Shown one piece after another: positions 39,754 to 64,000 of a stretch of DNA of 64,000 bases. The stretch's first letter is position 1. The number at the start of each line of letters is the position of its first letter. The notes below the pieces were generated by a model. That model was not told the DNA's origin, ran no database searches, and saw nothing but the letters and a program-made list of their open reading frames with translations. This DNA comes from Haliotis rubra (lineage: Eukaryota): NCBI RefSeq assembly GCF_003918875.1, contig NW_025766957.1:1054001-1118000 (forward strand). Direction: 5' to 3'. A program made the translations under genes and the position numbers.

Positions 39754-41401
39754 AATGGGACCAGTTCTGTCACCTGAGTGATGCTAACGCGTTTAAGTAG
39801 TTTTGAAAGTGATATCAACTATGAATGTCTGTCCGTAGACTAAAGTCCTTCATGCATAGTGCTATATTCATCTTAGGATCTGTGATATCCATTGTTTTGT
39901 ATATATGAATGTAAATTATGACCCGTGCTATCCATTGTTTTGTGGATGTCAGTTGTTGCTTTGATCTGAAATAAAATATTGTAATAAACTATCATTCAAA
40001 TGCCCGTCGTTTTTTTAGCACGCACAGACTCTGTATTAACTCATCCTAAACATTAGCACAGAAGCGACTTCCTCACCAACATACACTCAATACAACTATC
40101 ACACATTCCACATTACCATGAAACACCGAACACACTCAACATCCCTGTTTACACAACCAACATAATGTAATATTATTATCACAACGGGATCAGTCAGTGT
40201 TACTTCCACACATTCATGTACAAAGTATTCAACATGCCATATTAACTATTACATCAAATATATCACGCATTTAATAGTATTGTCAAAGTGCGATGGAGTG
40301 CACTTCACATTTAACTAGATCATTTTTATCTGTTTCACCAAGCATCGTCTCTAACATTATACTATAGTGTGCTCACACAAATTAAACGTTCATGACAACA
40401 ATGCCACGTAACACTAAAAATGTATGCACAGTCTGGCCTGAAGGCTGCATTAGCAACACATATTTTGGCAAACTTAACCTGATCCTTTTCTCGTTACAGA
40501 AAACTGATCACACCCAGTTCCGTACCAATTGTCACCTACTTGAAAATATCTGTATTTACAAATATCTGGAATTTTCACAACAACGAAACCACACAAACAC
40601 AAGAAGTTCAGCATTGTATGTGATGATCATTATACCCTGCCGAGGCCTAGTCCGATTATTGTAACTGTTGCTGAGAGGGGAATATTACCGTCACTGTCTA
40701 TAAGTCAATAATCACTGCTTTTGTATTATGATGTTACTTTTGATTTGTATTGCCACATTGATATGTTTCTGGAGATTTGTATTGATTTGTAAAAACAGTT
40801 AATTATAGAATATTAATTACATCACATTTCATGGTTGTTGCCCTTTTGGTTTCACACCTATTTGTTTTACCTTCTAATTGCTTGTTAATGTTTAGTTTCA
40901 ACTTTGGTATGAACAATATAGGTAGATATCTGTCTTCAAAGCATCAGGACCATTTGTTTTCAACAAATATATTCTCTCCAAAATAGTTTGGTAGGCATGT
41001 TTATATCACGTCGACTGTTGAATACAACAAAATTCTACATGGCAAGCTAGATATGTATGAGTGTAAATTACTCAATCCATTTACTTAATTGAAAATCTGC
41101 CATTTCCTTTAAATTGATATGAACTTTGGAAAGGATTTCAATCTCGTGACTCCTGTTTCGTTTGAATGTTAGGTCATGCAAACTGGACAAATCAATGCTA
41201 GGATTCCATCAGTTTATTTAACGACACAAAAGCACAAATGGTACAATTTCAAAACATGTTAAATAAACAACAAATAATAACAGGGATGGCACAATCCGAT
41301 GCATTCATGTATGTGACAACAAACTGACAAAGACTGACATCACAAACTGCAAATAACAAACATCGCTTTGGAAGAGACATGGCACATTTTAGCAGCGTTC
41401 G

Positions 41402-41530
41402 GGGAGATGTATTACAGAAAATACCAGATTACTTTATGATTTAATGAATCATTGTAAAGTTAATAAGATATCTGGCCTATTAGTCACCGTTGACTTCGAG
41501 AAAGCGTTTGATACCATTGAATGGGATTCA
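41402..41530 (+). mobile_element. L1/Tx1-clade LINE reverse transcriptase fragment at the right edge of the array
   Basis: Translates as GRCITENTRLLYDLMNHCKVNKISGLLVTVDFEKAFDTIEWD, matching the L1/Tx1 RT pattern GRxIxxNxR...DFEKAFDxxxW. Confidence 0.8.
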
Positions 41531-42816
41531 ACTACTTTATGGTTTTCACAGTAAGTGCTTTGTTTCCGTTCATATTAAGTCTTATCTGAGTATAGTTACC
41601 ACAAGTTAAAAAATAATGTAGACATGAAAATAGTCATGCTCATGAAAAAGGGTGAAATTTTAGTCTGTCATACAGACCCTGAAACAAACATATCGAAGAA
41701 AGCCCATGCAGGTCTAGATTATGTGACAAGTCTATAGATTTCCACAGTTTGAAGAAATCCTCAGGGCTCCTTTTCATTATATTTTATATTTGTATATTAT
41801 GAACTGTGTTTTTCCGTAAAATATGTTCATTTCAGAGACTAGTTGTTAGTCTACTATTCAGAGGTCACCAGCACCTGTGTGTCCCTGTATCGTCAAGCAG
41901 CCACCATCAGCTGTTCTCCGGTCGATGACACTCGCCCCAGCACGTGACTATCACGATTACTGTATACACGACCCAGTGTTTTAAAGACAACCATGTCAAG
42001 CGGTATGTCTGATCGATAGACTACGTTGTCAAGTGCGCCCTGTGTTCAGGGCAGGTAGGAGCGTGATATTATATGGGTGAGAGGTAGCAGGTTTCAACCA
42101 AACACGTGTAATGCTCGTGTTTCACTTACACTGTTGATGTAGGAAAGAGAGGGTATTGATTTAAACATATTTTTATTCATGAAGATGAATTGGAATTGGT
42201 GAACAAGCATTACTGCTTATATTAACACCGCTCCCATGCAACATATAATACAATATGAAAATGGAGGATTTGACGTCATCGATACTGACTTTTGCATAAA
42301 CATAATATTTTTAAAATGTATAAATATATACAGATTACATGAAATACAACTATTCTCTAAGTAGTCATAAGTTAGAGAGTTACAGTTGTGTGTGTCTCAC
42401 AAGCCATTGTAGAAATATAAATCAATCATGAGAAGGTTGTTGAGAAAATGTATTTATTTTCCTGAGAAAATTTAAAGCGTTGTGTCTTGGTTATACATGT
42501 ATAATCGTGGACGGATTCAACTATTTTCTGGTTTACACGGGGAGTAAGTTCTTTGTTTCCCTTAAGAATGGTATCCAGGTTATAACCGGTAGTGTAAAAA
42601 TACATATTAAGTCTTATCCGAGTATAGTTACGGCAAGTGAGGAAATAGTGTAGGGCGTTTTCACTCTGATGTCCACAAGAACAACAAGGGCTGTCTATTA
42701 AATGTCTGTTATACTTATCGGCGTTTAGGTCGCTACATCCGAGCCTGAGGCGGCAGTGAACGATTTGGCAAAAACGAGTGCCATGATTAAGGTATTCGTT
42801 GGCCTATCCACAAGAC

Positions 42817-43158
42817 TGAGTGAGTGAGTTGGGTTTTACGACGCTTTTAGCAATATTCCAGCAATATCACATCGGGGAACACCAGAAATGGGCTTCACAC
42901 ATTGTACCCATGTGGGGAATCCAACCCGGGTCTTCGGCGTGACGAGCGAACGCCTTAACCACTAGGCTACCCCGCCACCCCGTCATAAGACTGACTGACT
43001 GAGTGTGGTTTTCCGCCGCTTTTAGCAATATTCCAGCAACATCACTGCGGGGGACACCACAAATGGGCTTCACACATTGTGCCCATGTGGGGATTCGAAC
43101 CCGGGTCTTCGGCGTGACGAGCCAACGCTTTAACCACAAGGCTACCCCACCGCCCCCT
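42817..43158 (-). mobile_element. Two tandem tRNA(Asp)-derived SINEs
   Basis: Two consecutive reverse copies (~42817-42982 and ~42990-43158), each with A and B boxes and a tetranucleotide tail. Confidence 0.85.
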
Positions 43159-46100
43159 CACAAGAGGGTTTAGTGCTGACACAATAGTGTTCCCACGCGA
43201 AAATATCAGTAAGTGGAATTTTAGGAAACTTTCAAAAACAGTAATGTTAGCAAGTTTTAGCAACATTCTATGGTGTCCCAGAAAGGACATTGTCGCGTTG
43301 CCGGTTACAGTCCGCGAGGCCTAAAATTCACACCTAATAAATCCCACAAGGCCTAATTACAGCAGTTTGCCCACATGACATAATTAATGAGGTATTTGGG
43401 GCGTGAAACAAGAGTGGGAGAGGTCACTGATCAGTGGACGGGGGTCACTCTGTTAGGGTTAGTTTAGTAATGAGACTTGTCTACTGTGAAAACATTAAGG
43501 TTGGATAGATGAAAGCACTTACTGTTAATCTTAATAAGATTAGATCTATTATTACTGGAGGAGTATTTACATGAAGTGGATATTAATCAGTTTCCTTCTC
43601 CAACTAACATGAGAAGGACGAAACTTGCTATAGATTAGACATACATGTATTTGACTTTGTGAAGCTGATCAAGCGTGAGCAGTCCAGGACCGAAGTGAGA
43701 CTGGCACAGTAGAGAGGTCACCCACGTGAACCAGCAAGGAGACGTCGCTATGTAGCAGATGACCAGGGCTTGCTGCGAGCCAAGACCAGGCTAAACACTG
43801 GCACCATCGCTGTCCTGGAGTACACAGACTAAGTATCCCACTTACTTGGTGTTTGGGAACAGTGAATAACAATACACATAAACAATATCACTTTGTCACC
43901 TGTGATAATATGCTAAATGATACAGATTTTGTTGTGATAACATAATACAAGATAATATGTTGTTAAAAAAACAATGATAAAGTGGCAAAATTAACCAAAG
44001 TGCGGCAATGCGATAAAGCGACATTTTTGTCATTGGTCGCTATGTACTTATGTCAGTTATCTGGGACGTATTGTGTTTTACGCAGCCTGTTTTTATCAGC
44101 AACATCACGGTTCATTGTCGTAAGTGGAACTCGACGCCTGTGACAGATATGAAACCCAAAACAATTTTGTGCTTTTTCAGTTCAAAGTGTGACGTCACAC
44201 CTTCTGTTTAGGCACGATTCATTTCTCAAAGCAAAACACTGACATAATGTTATGAGTGGCAATTGAGAGAGAAAAGGCACTTGGTTTTTTTTTTGTTTAT
44301 TAAAAATGACACTTGCCTCATTGATTGGATTAGAAGCCGATGTTTGTCAAAAGCTAAAATAAAATGTAAATGTCTATGACGTATGAAGCCAACAATAAAC
44401 ACAGTGGGTTTTCATTGGAAAGAAGCCTTTCCTGGTCGGCTAATAAGCCTCCTACCACGGTGCGTTCATTGAAGCAGAGGGGAGATGGGGTAGGCTAGTG
44501 GTTAAAGCATTCGCTCGTCACCCCGAGCACATCGGTACAATGTGTGAGGGTAAACCTAACTTCACTGTCTCTTTGGAGCAGAAACTTCTCGCACGGAATA
44601 GGCTACGGATATTGGCTGTTCTTTGCAAACAATGTTTCAGAAAGGCCGACGTCCTGGCGAGTTTAAGGCAAAACCAAAGATAACAATATTATTGAGAATT
44701 TAAGATTTTGAATACATGGTCAAGTGATCGAAACAATAACGTATAACAGTTACGGCGACGAATGTCTTGGAAAATAATCATCGCTAGTCCACATTCCAGT
44801 TGATGTCAGGACATACAAATATAAGAGTAAATGAGTTTAGTTTTACGCCACACTCAGCAATATATATAATATTCCAGCTATATGACGGCAGTCTGTAAAT
44901 AATCGATTTGGACCAGACACTCCAGTGATCAACAGCATGAGTATCGATCTACGCATTTGGGACACGATGACATGTGTCAACCAAGTCAGCGAGCCTGACA
45001 ACCCGATCCCGTTAGTCGCCTCTAACGACAAGAACGAGTAGATAAAGATCAGTTCTAAGCCGGATCTTCACGGGTGTGGTCTTCTGATCCCGTTAGTCGC
45101 CTTTTACGACAAGCATGGGTTACACTGAAGATCAATTCTAGCCCGGATCTTAACGGGTTACAAATATTAGACGGATTTCATGATTGACTCGAGTTATATC
45201 CTGAGGTGTTGGTGTTCCCGGGTCTCTTAGATCCAAGGCACTTCATTTGTGAAGCAAGAAAGGACCAAAGTGGAGATTTGAATACAGACTTGACAGATTG
45301 AATGTCACCGATGGCGTGAGTCGCCGTCCTTCAGATTGCGACGGTCCTAGGTAAATATCACTCGGGAGTGTCAGGTAAACGTCCTGGAGAATTAATAATA
45401 TAGCAGTACGCGACTGCGTGCCCCAGACTCGATAATCTACGAGCCGTCTTGTACCGTAAGGATCCGGTTATAACAGGCCTTCGGAAACCCATGCATTTCG
45501 TAAGAGGCGACTAACGGGATCGTGTGGTCAGGCAAGCTGACTTGGTTGATGCATGACGTAGTATCCCAATTGCGTAGATCGATGTTCAGGATTTCAATTG
45601 CATGATTGTCTGGTCCAGGCTCGAATGTTTTTACAGTCTCTCAGTCTAAGTGACAAAGTCGGTTAACAAATGGACTCTGGTAAAATGGAAATATATTCAT
45701 AGATACGTTTCACTTGCAAATGTGGTATATAGTAGTCCTGACCCGTGGTGATCCGGGTTAGAATTGATCTTCAATAACCCATGCTGGTCGTAAGAGGCGA
45801 CTAACGGGATCGGGTGGTCAGGCTCGCTGGTTGACACATGTCATCGTATCCCAATTGCGTAGATGGATACTCATGCTGTTGATCACTGTATTGTCTGGTC
45901 CAGACTCGATTATTTATAAACCGCCGCCATACAGCTGGCATGTTTCTGAGTGCGGCATAAAACCAAACTCACTCACTCACATTGTTGTCCTAGAGGTCTA
46001 ATGCACCAAAAGACGCAGTTCAGAATTGTGTTTCCTGATCATGGGTTTTGCTGATCATGGGTTTCTTGTTTGATCTCTATATGTGTGATATCCCACCCGT

Positions 46101-46162
46101 ATTTAACACACATCATTTTCATCTTTAGATTGGTCATGAAGTTAACCGACTGCATGTTGGTT

Positions 46163-46248
46163 CACAGGCAAACTGTAGCGCAAATAGGAAGGACGACTGA
46201 TCATTTTTCTTTGTTGCGCAACCCTATTTGCGCTACAGTTTGCCTGTG
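46163..46248. repeat. Perfect 26-bp inverted repeat with 34-bp spacer (MITE-like hairpin)
   Basis: CACAGGCAAACTGTAGCGCAAATAGG (46163-46188) and CCTATTTGCGCTACAGTTTGCCTGTG (46223-46248). Confidence 0.85.
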
Positions 46249-46289
46249 GTTGGTTACAGCCATCAGTGCATCATAAAGTCTTATCTGTT

Positions 46290-46445
46290 TAGTTGTGTAG
46301 CCTAATGGTTAAAGCCTTCGCTCGTCACGCGAAGGGTTCGATTCCCCAGATGGGTGTAATGAGTGAAGCCCATTTCCATTTCTACTGTCCCCCGCCTTGA
46401 TATTGCTGGAATATTGCTATTACAGGGTGTAAACCTATGTTCACT
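46290..46445 (+). mobile_element. tRNA(Asp)-derived SINE, decayed
   Basis: GTAGCCTAATGGTTAAAG...CTCGTCACG...GGGTTCGATTCCCC...GATATTGCTGGAATATTGCT. Confidence 0.75.
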
Positions 46446-46474
46446 TATTAAATTTTTACCAACCAACACCCCAG

Positions 46475-46509
46475 CAGAGACCATATAAAAGATTATTATA
46501 TGGTCTCTG
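46475..46509. mobile_element. 35-bp TIR-only micro-element with 7-bp target site duplication
   Basis: CAGAGACCATATAA-aagatta-TTATATGGTCTCTG, flanked by ACCCCAG on both sides. Confidence 0.7.
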
Positions 46510-46984
46510 ACCCCAGCAAGCGTACAAAGCTTATACAGCTCAATATTCACAACAAATTGTTTCCATATAACAAGTGATATTGCGTTTCCATAAATCCCTT
46601 TCGATGTTTTCAATAGAAAGTAATGAATTCTTATTGTGACTTTATGTTTATAACCTATGCTTAGGTCTGTGTTATTTCGTTCTCCCTTTATTTTCGGGGC
46701 GATTTGTTCATACCAAGGGACATAAATCTACATTGTCATTGTATTTCCATTGTCTCCCTTTAACCTCTCCCGCTTTTAGGGAGGTCTCATTATGTAGTAT
46801 TACTGTTATACGGTCCATAATATCATGTTCTCTTTTGGATACACAAGTCATCATATACTGTCTCAGAGTTATAGTTTACTTCAATATTAAGATAAAAATA
46901 TTATAGTGTGATACATGTACGTTGAAATGACTACATTAAACAGTTATTGATATTTCGGTTAACCGACTGGTCAATGAATGGAAG

Positions 46985-60160
<13,176 letters not shown>

Positions 60161-60257
60161 GTGAATGACCCAGTGTAAATGCATTTTCATCTCAGTTCCA
60201 GCAGGTTTTGATGTTGATTCTACAGATTAATTAGGTGACAGTGAATGGCACAAATAT

Positions 60258-60455
60258 TATTATCCCCCGCAAAGCGTTTTGCAGGGGGTATTAAAATGGA
60301 CTCCGTCTGTGCGTGCGTGTGTCCATCCGTGCACATTTGTCTTTTCCGGAGCAAAACTCTAAAACCGTTCAATATTTCTTCACCAAACTTGGCACATACA
60401 TGGATCTGGTGGTGTACTGGTTCCTTTTGGTAGTTTTGGAATTCTGAATTAAATA
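60258..60455 (+). mobile_element. Non-autonomous Helentron-like (DINE-1/HINE type) element, 5' part
   Basis: TTATCCCCCGCAAA..TTTGCAGGGGGTATT hairpin, then a CCGTCTGTGCGTGCGTGTGTCCATCCGT microsatellite-like tract and TTCACCAAACTTGGCACA. Interrupted by the second DIRS. Confidence 0.6.
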
Positions 60456-60457
60456 TA

Positions 60458-63400
60458 TTTTTCCTTATCCTGACTCATGCTCTTTTGCTTGTCTTCTTCT
60501 TCTTGCGAACATAGTGGAACACTTGTATCTCCTTATTTGAAGCTCCCTTCAAAATAAAATCACTAATTGGTACTCACCACGAGTTGCTCCCCTTTGTTTC
60601 CCCTGGCGGGAAAGGTGTCGCCACCCTCTGGCCATGTGCTTCACTCTCTCCTTCTTCGCCCAGTGAGCAGGATGTGAGAGCGCCTCGTGTCTCCTTACAC
60701 ACCATATCCTTTGATAATCTCTTAGTTTTTACCTCTCATAGGTTTCTATAGAGGTATAGCTAGTATCCTTTACTATTTGTATTGATTAATTATCGATTTC
60801 TACTGTTTATTCACGGTATTCGTGATTGTTCAGCTAGCTTTACGCTGATGAAAATCTGTACGATTTGTAGATTACGCTTTTTCTGCCTCCGATCCACATG
60901 TAATATGCCCTAGTTGTTCTACTGCGTGTGCGCTTAATTCACGCTTGCAGTTACTGCATTAATTTATCTCATTCTGCATTTAATAAATATCATCTTTTGT
61001 GCCTTTAAGACGCTGCAGATAGATCACGCAAACAAGGGCAAAACATGGCAGAGAGTCCAGATATTCCATCCAGTCAGCTGCTAGCGATCGAATCTCTCCC
61101 GCCTGGTGTTCTGCTAGAGACCCTTCGGTAGAGGAACGCGGGACGCAGTCCGCTACTCGAAGAAACGACCGCCTCCCCAGACATCCCGGCCATTGCAGAC
61201 CAAGTCTAAGAGGGCCTCATCGCCGCCTCAACGCAGATTGAGGACACTCCAGGGCAGCGCAGACTTCCAAAGGGAAATTCCACGAAGACAGCAAGAACTT
61301 TCAGCCGAGATCGCTCCAGCAGCAGAATTGGGCCTCTACGATGATCAGCCGATAATCATCCCCGACTTACGCAGAAGAAGCGACCGTGTCAGCGACTGTG
61401 ACTTCTGCAGAGATCACCATGCAGCCTGATGCTCTCTACACCGACGCCAGACGCCATTGATGTGAACCCCATCGCAGAAAAGATTTAATTTAATTTCGGC
61501 ACAGATCATCCCAGAAGACATGATGCGCAGATTATGAACATCATGGAGGACCACTACAAACCGCGCAAGCAGGGTCCGAAGTTTTCGGGAAGGCTCCAAC
61601 GAGACAGCACCCCAGAGGCACCCCCGCCAACGAAAGCAGCCAAGACGATGTCACCTTTCAAGGAAGTCCCGCACCACCTTGACGAAGGACCTAGATGTAC
61701 AGCTCTTCGCGAAGGCCTTCGCGAAGGCGGAGAGATCATCACCATCTTCGATTTCATCTCTAGATATGGACTCAGACCATCAGACATCACGGAGGCCTTC
61801 GCGAAGGTCATATCATCGATCCCCCGACCGACGAATGAAGCTTCGCTAAGGCATTCGCGAAGGACATATGATTCCAGATCCTCATCATCTAGAAGAACAT
61901 CGAGGGACTGCCGAAGAGCTTCGCAAGCTATCAACATTCACCTCACAAGTCTCCGAAGATCATCCCATAGACGATCTCCACTTCGCTTCATCACCAGGTC
62001 GATCACCCGCCAGATCTCCACATAGAGCGGCGACAAGTCAACTAGATCGCCACAAACCTCATCAGATATACAGACAGCTACACGCAGTCCCTAAGAGCAT
62101 CTACAATTTGTTAATGATGATGGTTTTGAGGATGATGGAGGAATCATATTTTCTGATGCAGAGATACGGTATTGATGGTCAATAACCTAGATCTCACATC
62201 ACCATCTAAAAGTGGCAATACAGCGCAGACGATTTGATGAAGGAAGATGATCCAGATGCAATCACTCTACCCCGATCGACCCGATTATGCAGTGCCACAG
62301 AATCTAGATGCAGCTTTCCAGAAAGCTACGAAAGTTCAGACACCACATCTGCCCAACTTTCAAGCCAAGAAGTTCTCCACGATAACATGGACTCCTTCTA
62401 CAAGGCCCAGGACATCGATGAGAACTATAAGATCATCAGCTTATGTAAAGAACAAGATTTACAAGATGGATGATCGCAAGTTGGCTCATATAGAAACCAT
62501 GACGAGACGATGTTCTTTGGGTTAAATAGATCTAGGACGATCAATGAGACTCTTATTACTAGATTCCGGATTCCACGACGGAAGATGATAGAATGATTTA
62601 TTCTGCCTTACTTATGCAAAAGAAAGATCAGCAGTTTTAACGGATCATCTTACATCTGTTTCAGCAGCACTGACCTTAGCTCGTCCGTCAAGGCCTCCTC
62701 GCCTCCTGTAATTGGGGAGAACTTTACAGCCCCACTTTATACAGCCCCGTGGTCGACAACATCCATCTTTGACGGAGAAATCGACAAAGTCGCCAAGGAA
62801 GTCTCTAAGGATTCCAGGGAAGTCCTTATGATTAGATCGATGGACACACTAGCCAGCCGCCATTCGCCAGACTTCACAAAGATACTCAGGCAGATCTAAG
62901 TTCACGGGCCTACAAAGAGCAAGAGACAGGAAGATAGCCAGCTCTAGAGGTAAGATTCTTTCGTCGCCCATATGGCAACTATAGAGGAGGATCAGGAAGA
63001 GGCAGGACACCCAGAGGTTCCCGCAATTATAGACGCTGAAACACAGGTTCGAACGACTGGAGTCTTCCACCCCAGCCGCTCCAGTACAGCCAGCTCAAGT
63101 GGGTGGACGCTTCCAACTACACTGGGAAAACTGGGGAATATTGCAAGACCCTTACGCCTCCAACATTCTTCAACACGGATTTCAGATCCCTCTACAGGCT
63201 AAGCCTCCGCTGACAATCAAACCCCCAAGTTCGATTTACAAGCGCAACAACTACCAAAGATAAGAGAGGCTGTTTCATCACTCCTATCCAAACAGGCCAT
63301 AGAAGTAATAGATCAAGCAAACGCCGAACCAGGTTTCTACTCCCCAGTTTTCCTAGTTCCCAAGAAAACTCCACGGAGAAATACAGACTCATCTACAACA

Positions 63401-64000
63401 TGAGCTTTTTCAACAAGAACTATCTACGAAACCATCGGGTTTCAAGATGATACATTTACCCTCAGTTACGCCAGATGATTCGGCCCTATGGACTACATGG
63501 GCAGCATAGATCTACAGGATGCCTACCTGCACATCCCCATTCATCCCGATTCCAGGAAATACCTACGATTTACTCTAGAAGGGCTACATTACCAGTGGAA
63601 AGTAATTCCCATTCGAATATCATCAGCCCCTGGCTATTCACGAGGATAACTAAACCGATTATCAAATTTCTACATCGGGCAAGGGCTACGCGAGCGCTTT
63701 ACCTCGACGACGTGGATACAAGTAGATCAAGATCCACCGCGCCTCAAACTACAGTTAAATTACATCATAAAGCTACTAACACAACTAGGTTGGTTAGTAA
63801 ACTTACGCAAGTCGGACCTAGTACCATCGCGCAAGACCTGCAGTTCCTAGGTATTCGATTCATCACAAATCGCAACCGTGATTATGGTACCAGAAGACCG
63901 CTATTCAAGATACAGCAGACCATTCCACCAGCTCTACTCTCTCCGCTACTACTCGCGACAATGGCAGAGCCTACTAGGTCTTCTCACATCAGCCCAAGAC
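60458..64000 (+). mobile_element. Second DIRS-type retrotransposon (5' part), frameshifted, CTR9 intron 13
   Basis: Start CTTATCCTGACTCATG resembles the first DIRS end (CTTATCCTATCTCATG). Has a Cys-rich gag start (~60848), an Arg/Ser-rich gag, and RT motifs VGGRFQLHWENW, GFYSPVFLVPKK, IDLQDAYLHIPIHPDSRKYLRF and YLDD (63700-63711). Confidence 0.88.

Larger units (their letters stand above)
14572..41409. repeat. Gene-containing macrosatellite, ~4.70-kb unit, about 5.7 units
   Basis: The same ORF recurs at 15036, 19737, 24440, 29147 and 33855 (spacing 4701-4708), with a sixth diverged copy ending at 39753. Noncoding spacers are near-identical. Confidence 0.97.

Noticed and set aside
43660-43850. 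GC-richer coding-like stretch (…DDQGLLRAKTRLNTGTIAVLEYTD)
   Set aside because: Contains stops and frameshifts, has no recognisable family, and cannot be supported without a search.

Overview
Animal genomic DNA with spliceosomal introns and a dense SINE complement. The repeat families and the divergent TALE genes suggest a mollusc, probably an abalone-like gastropod (inference). From left to right: (1) a Tc1 transposase remnant; (2) two tandem 3-exon minus-strand genes for a 496-aa, probably secreted glycosyl hydrolase-like-10 enzyme (bacterial YddW/DigH/YngK type); (3) a Penelope-type terminus with a minimal hammerhead ribozyme, then a 5S-derived SINE; (4) a ~26.8-kb macrosatellite (14572-41409) of ~4.7-kb near-identical units. 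Each unit carries a 2-exon divergent TALE homeobox gene (6 copies). Between copies lies a head-to-head, spliced, homeodomain-less paralog (5 copies) that shares the promoter layout, intron phase and PxHTSTP motif and is not shown as one gene in the ORF track; (5) repeat-rich intergenic DNA; (6) the first 13 coding exons of CTR9, whose introns hold a 33-bp minisatellite, SINEs, one end-complete but internally deleted DIRS retrotransposon and the start of a second DIRS. All exon coordinates were read by eye and no database searches were run.
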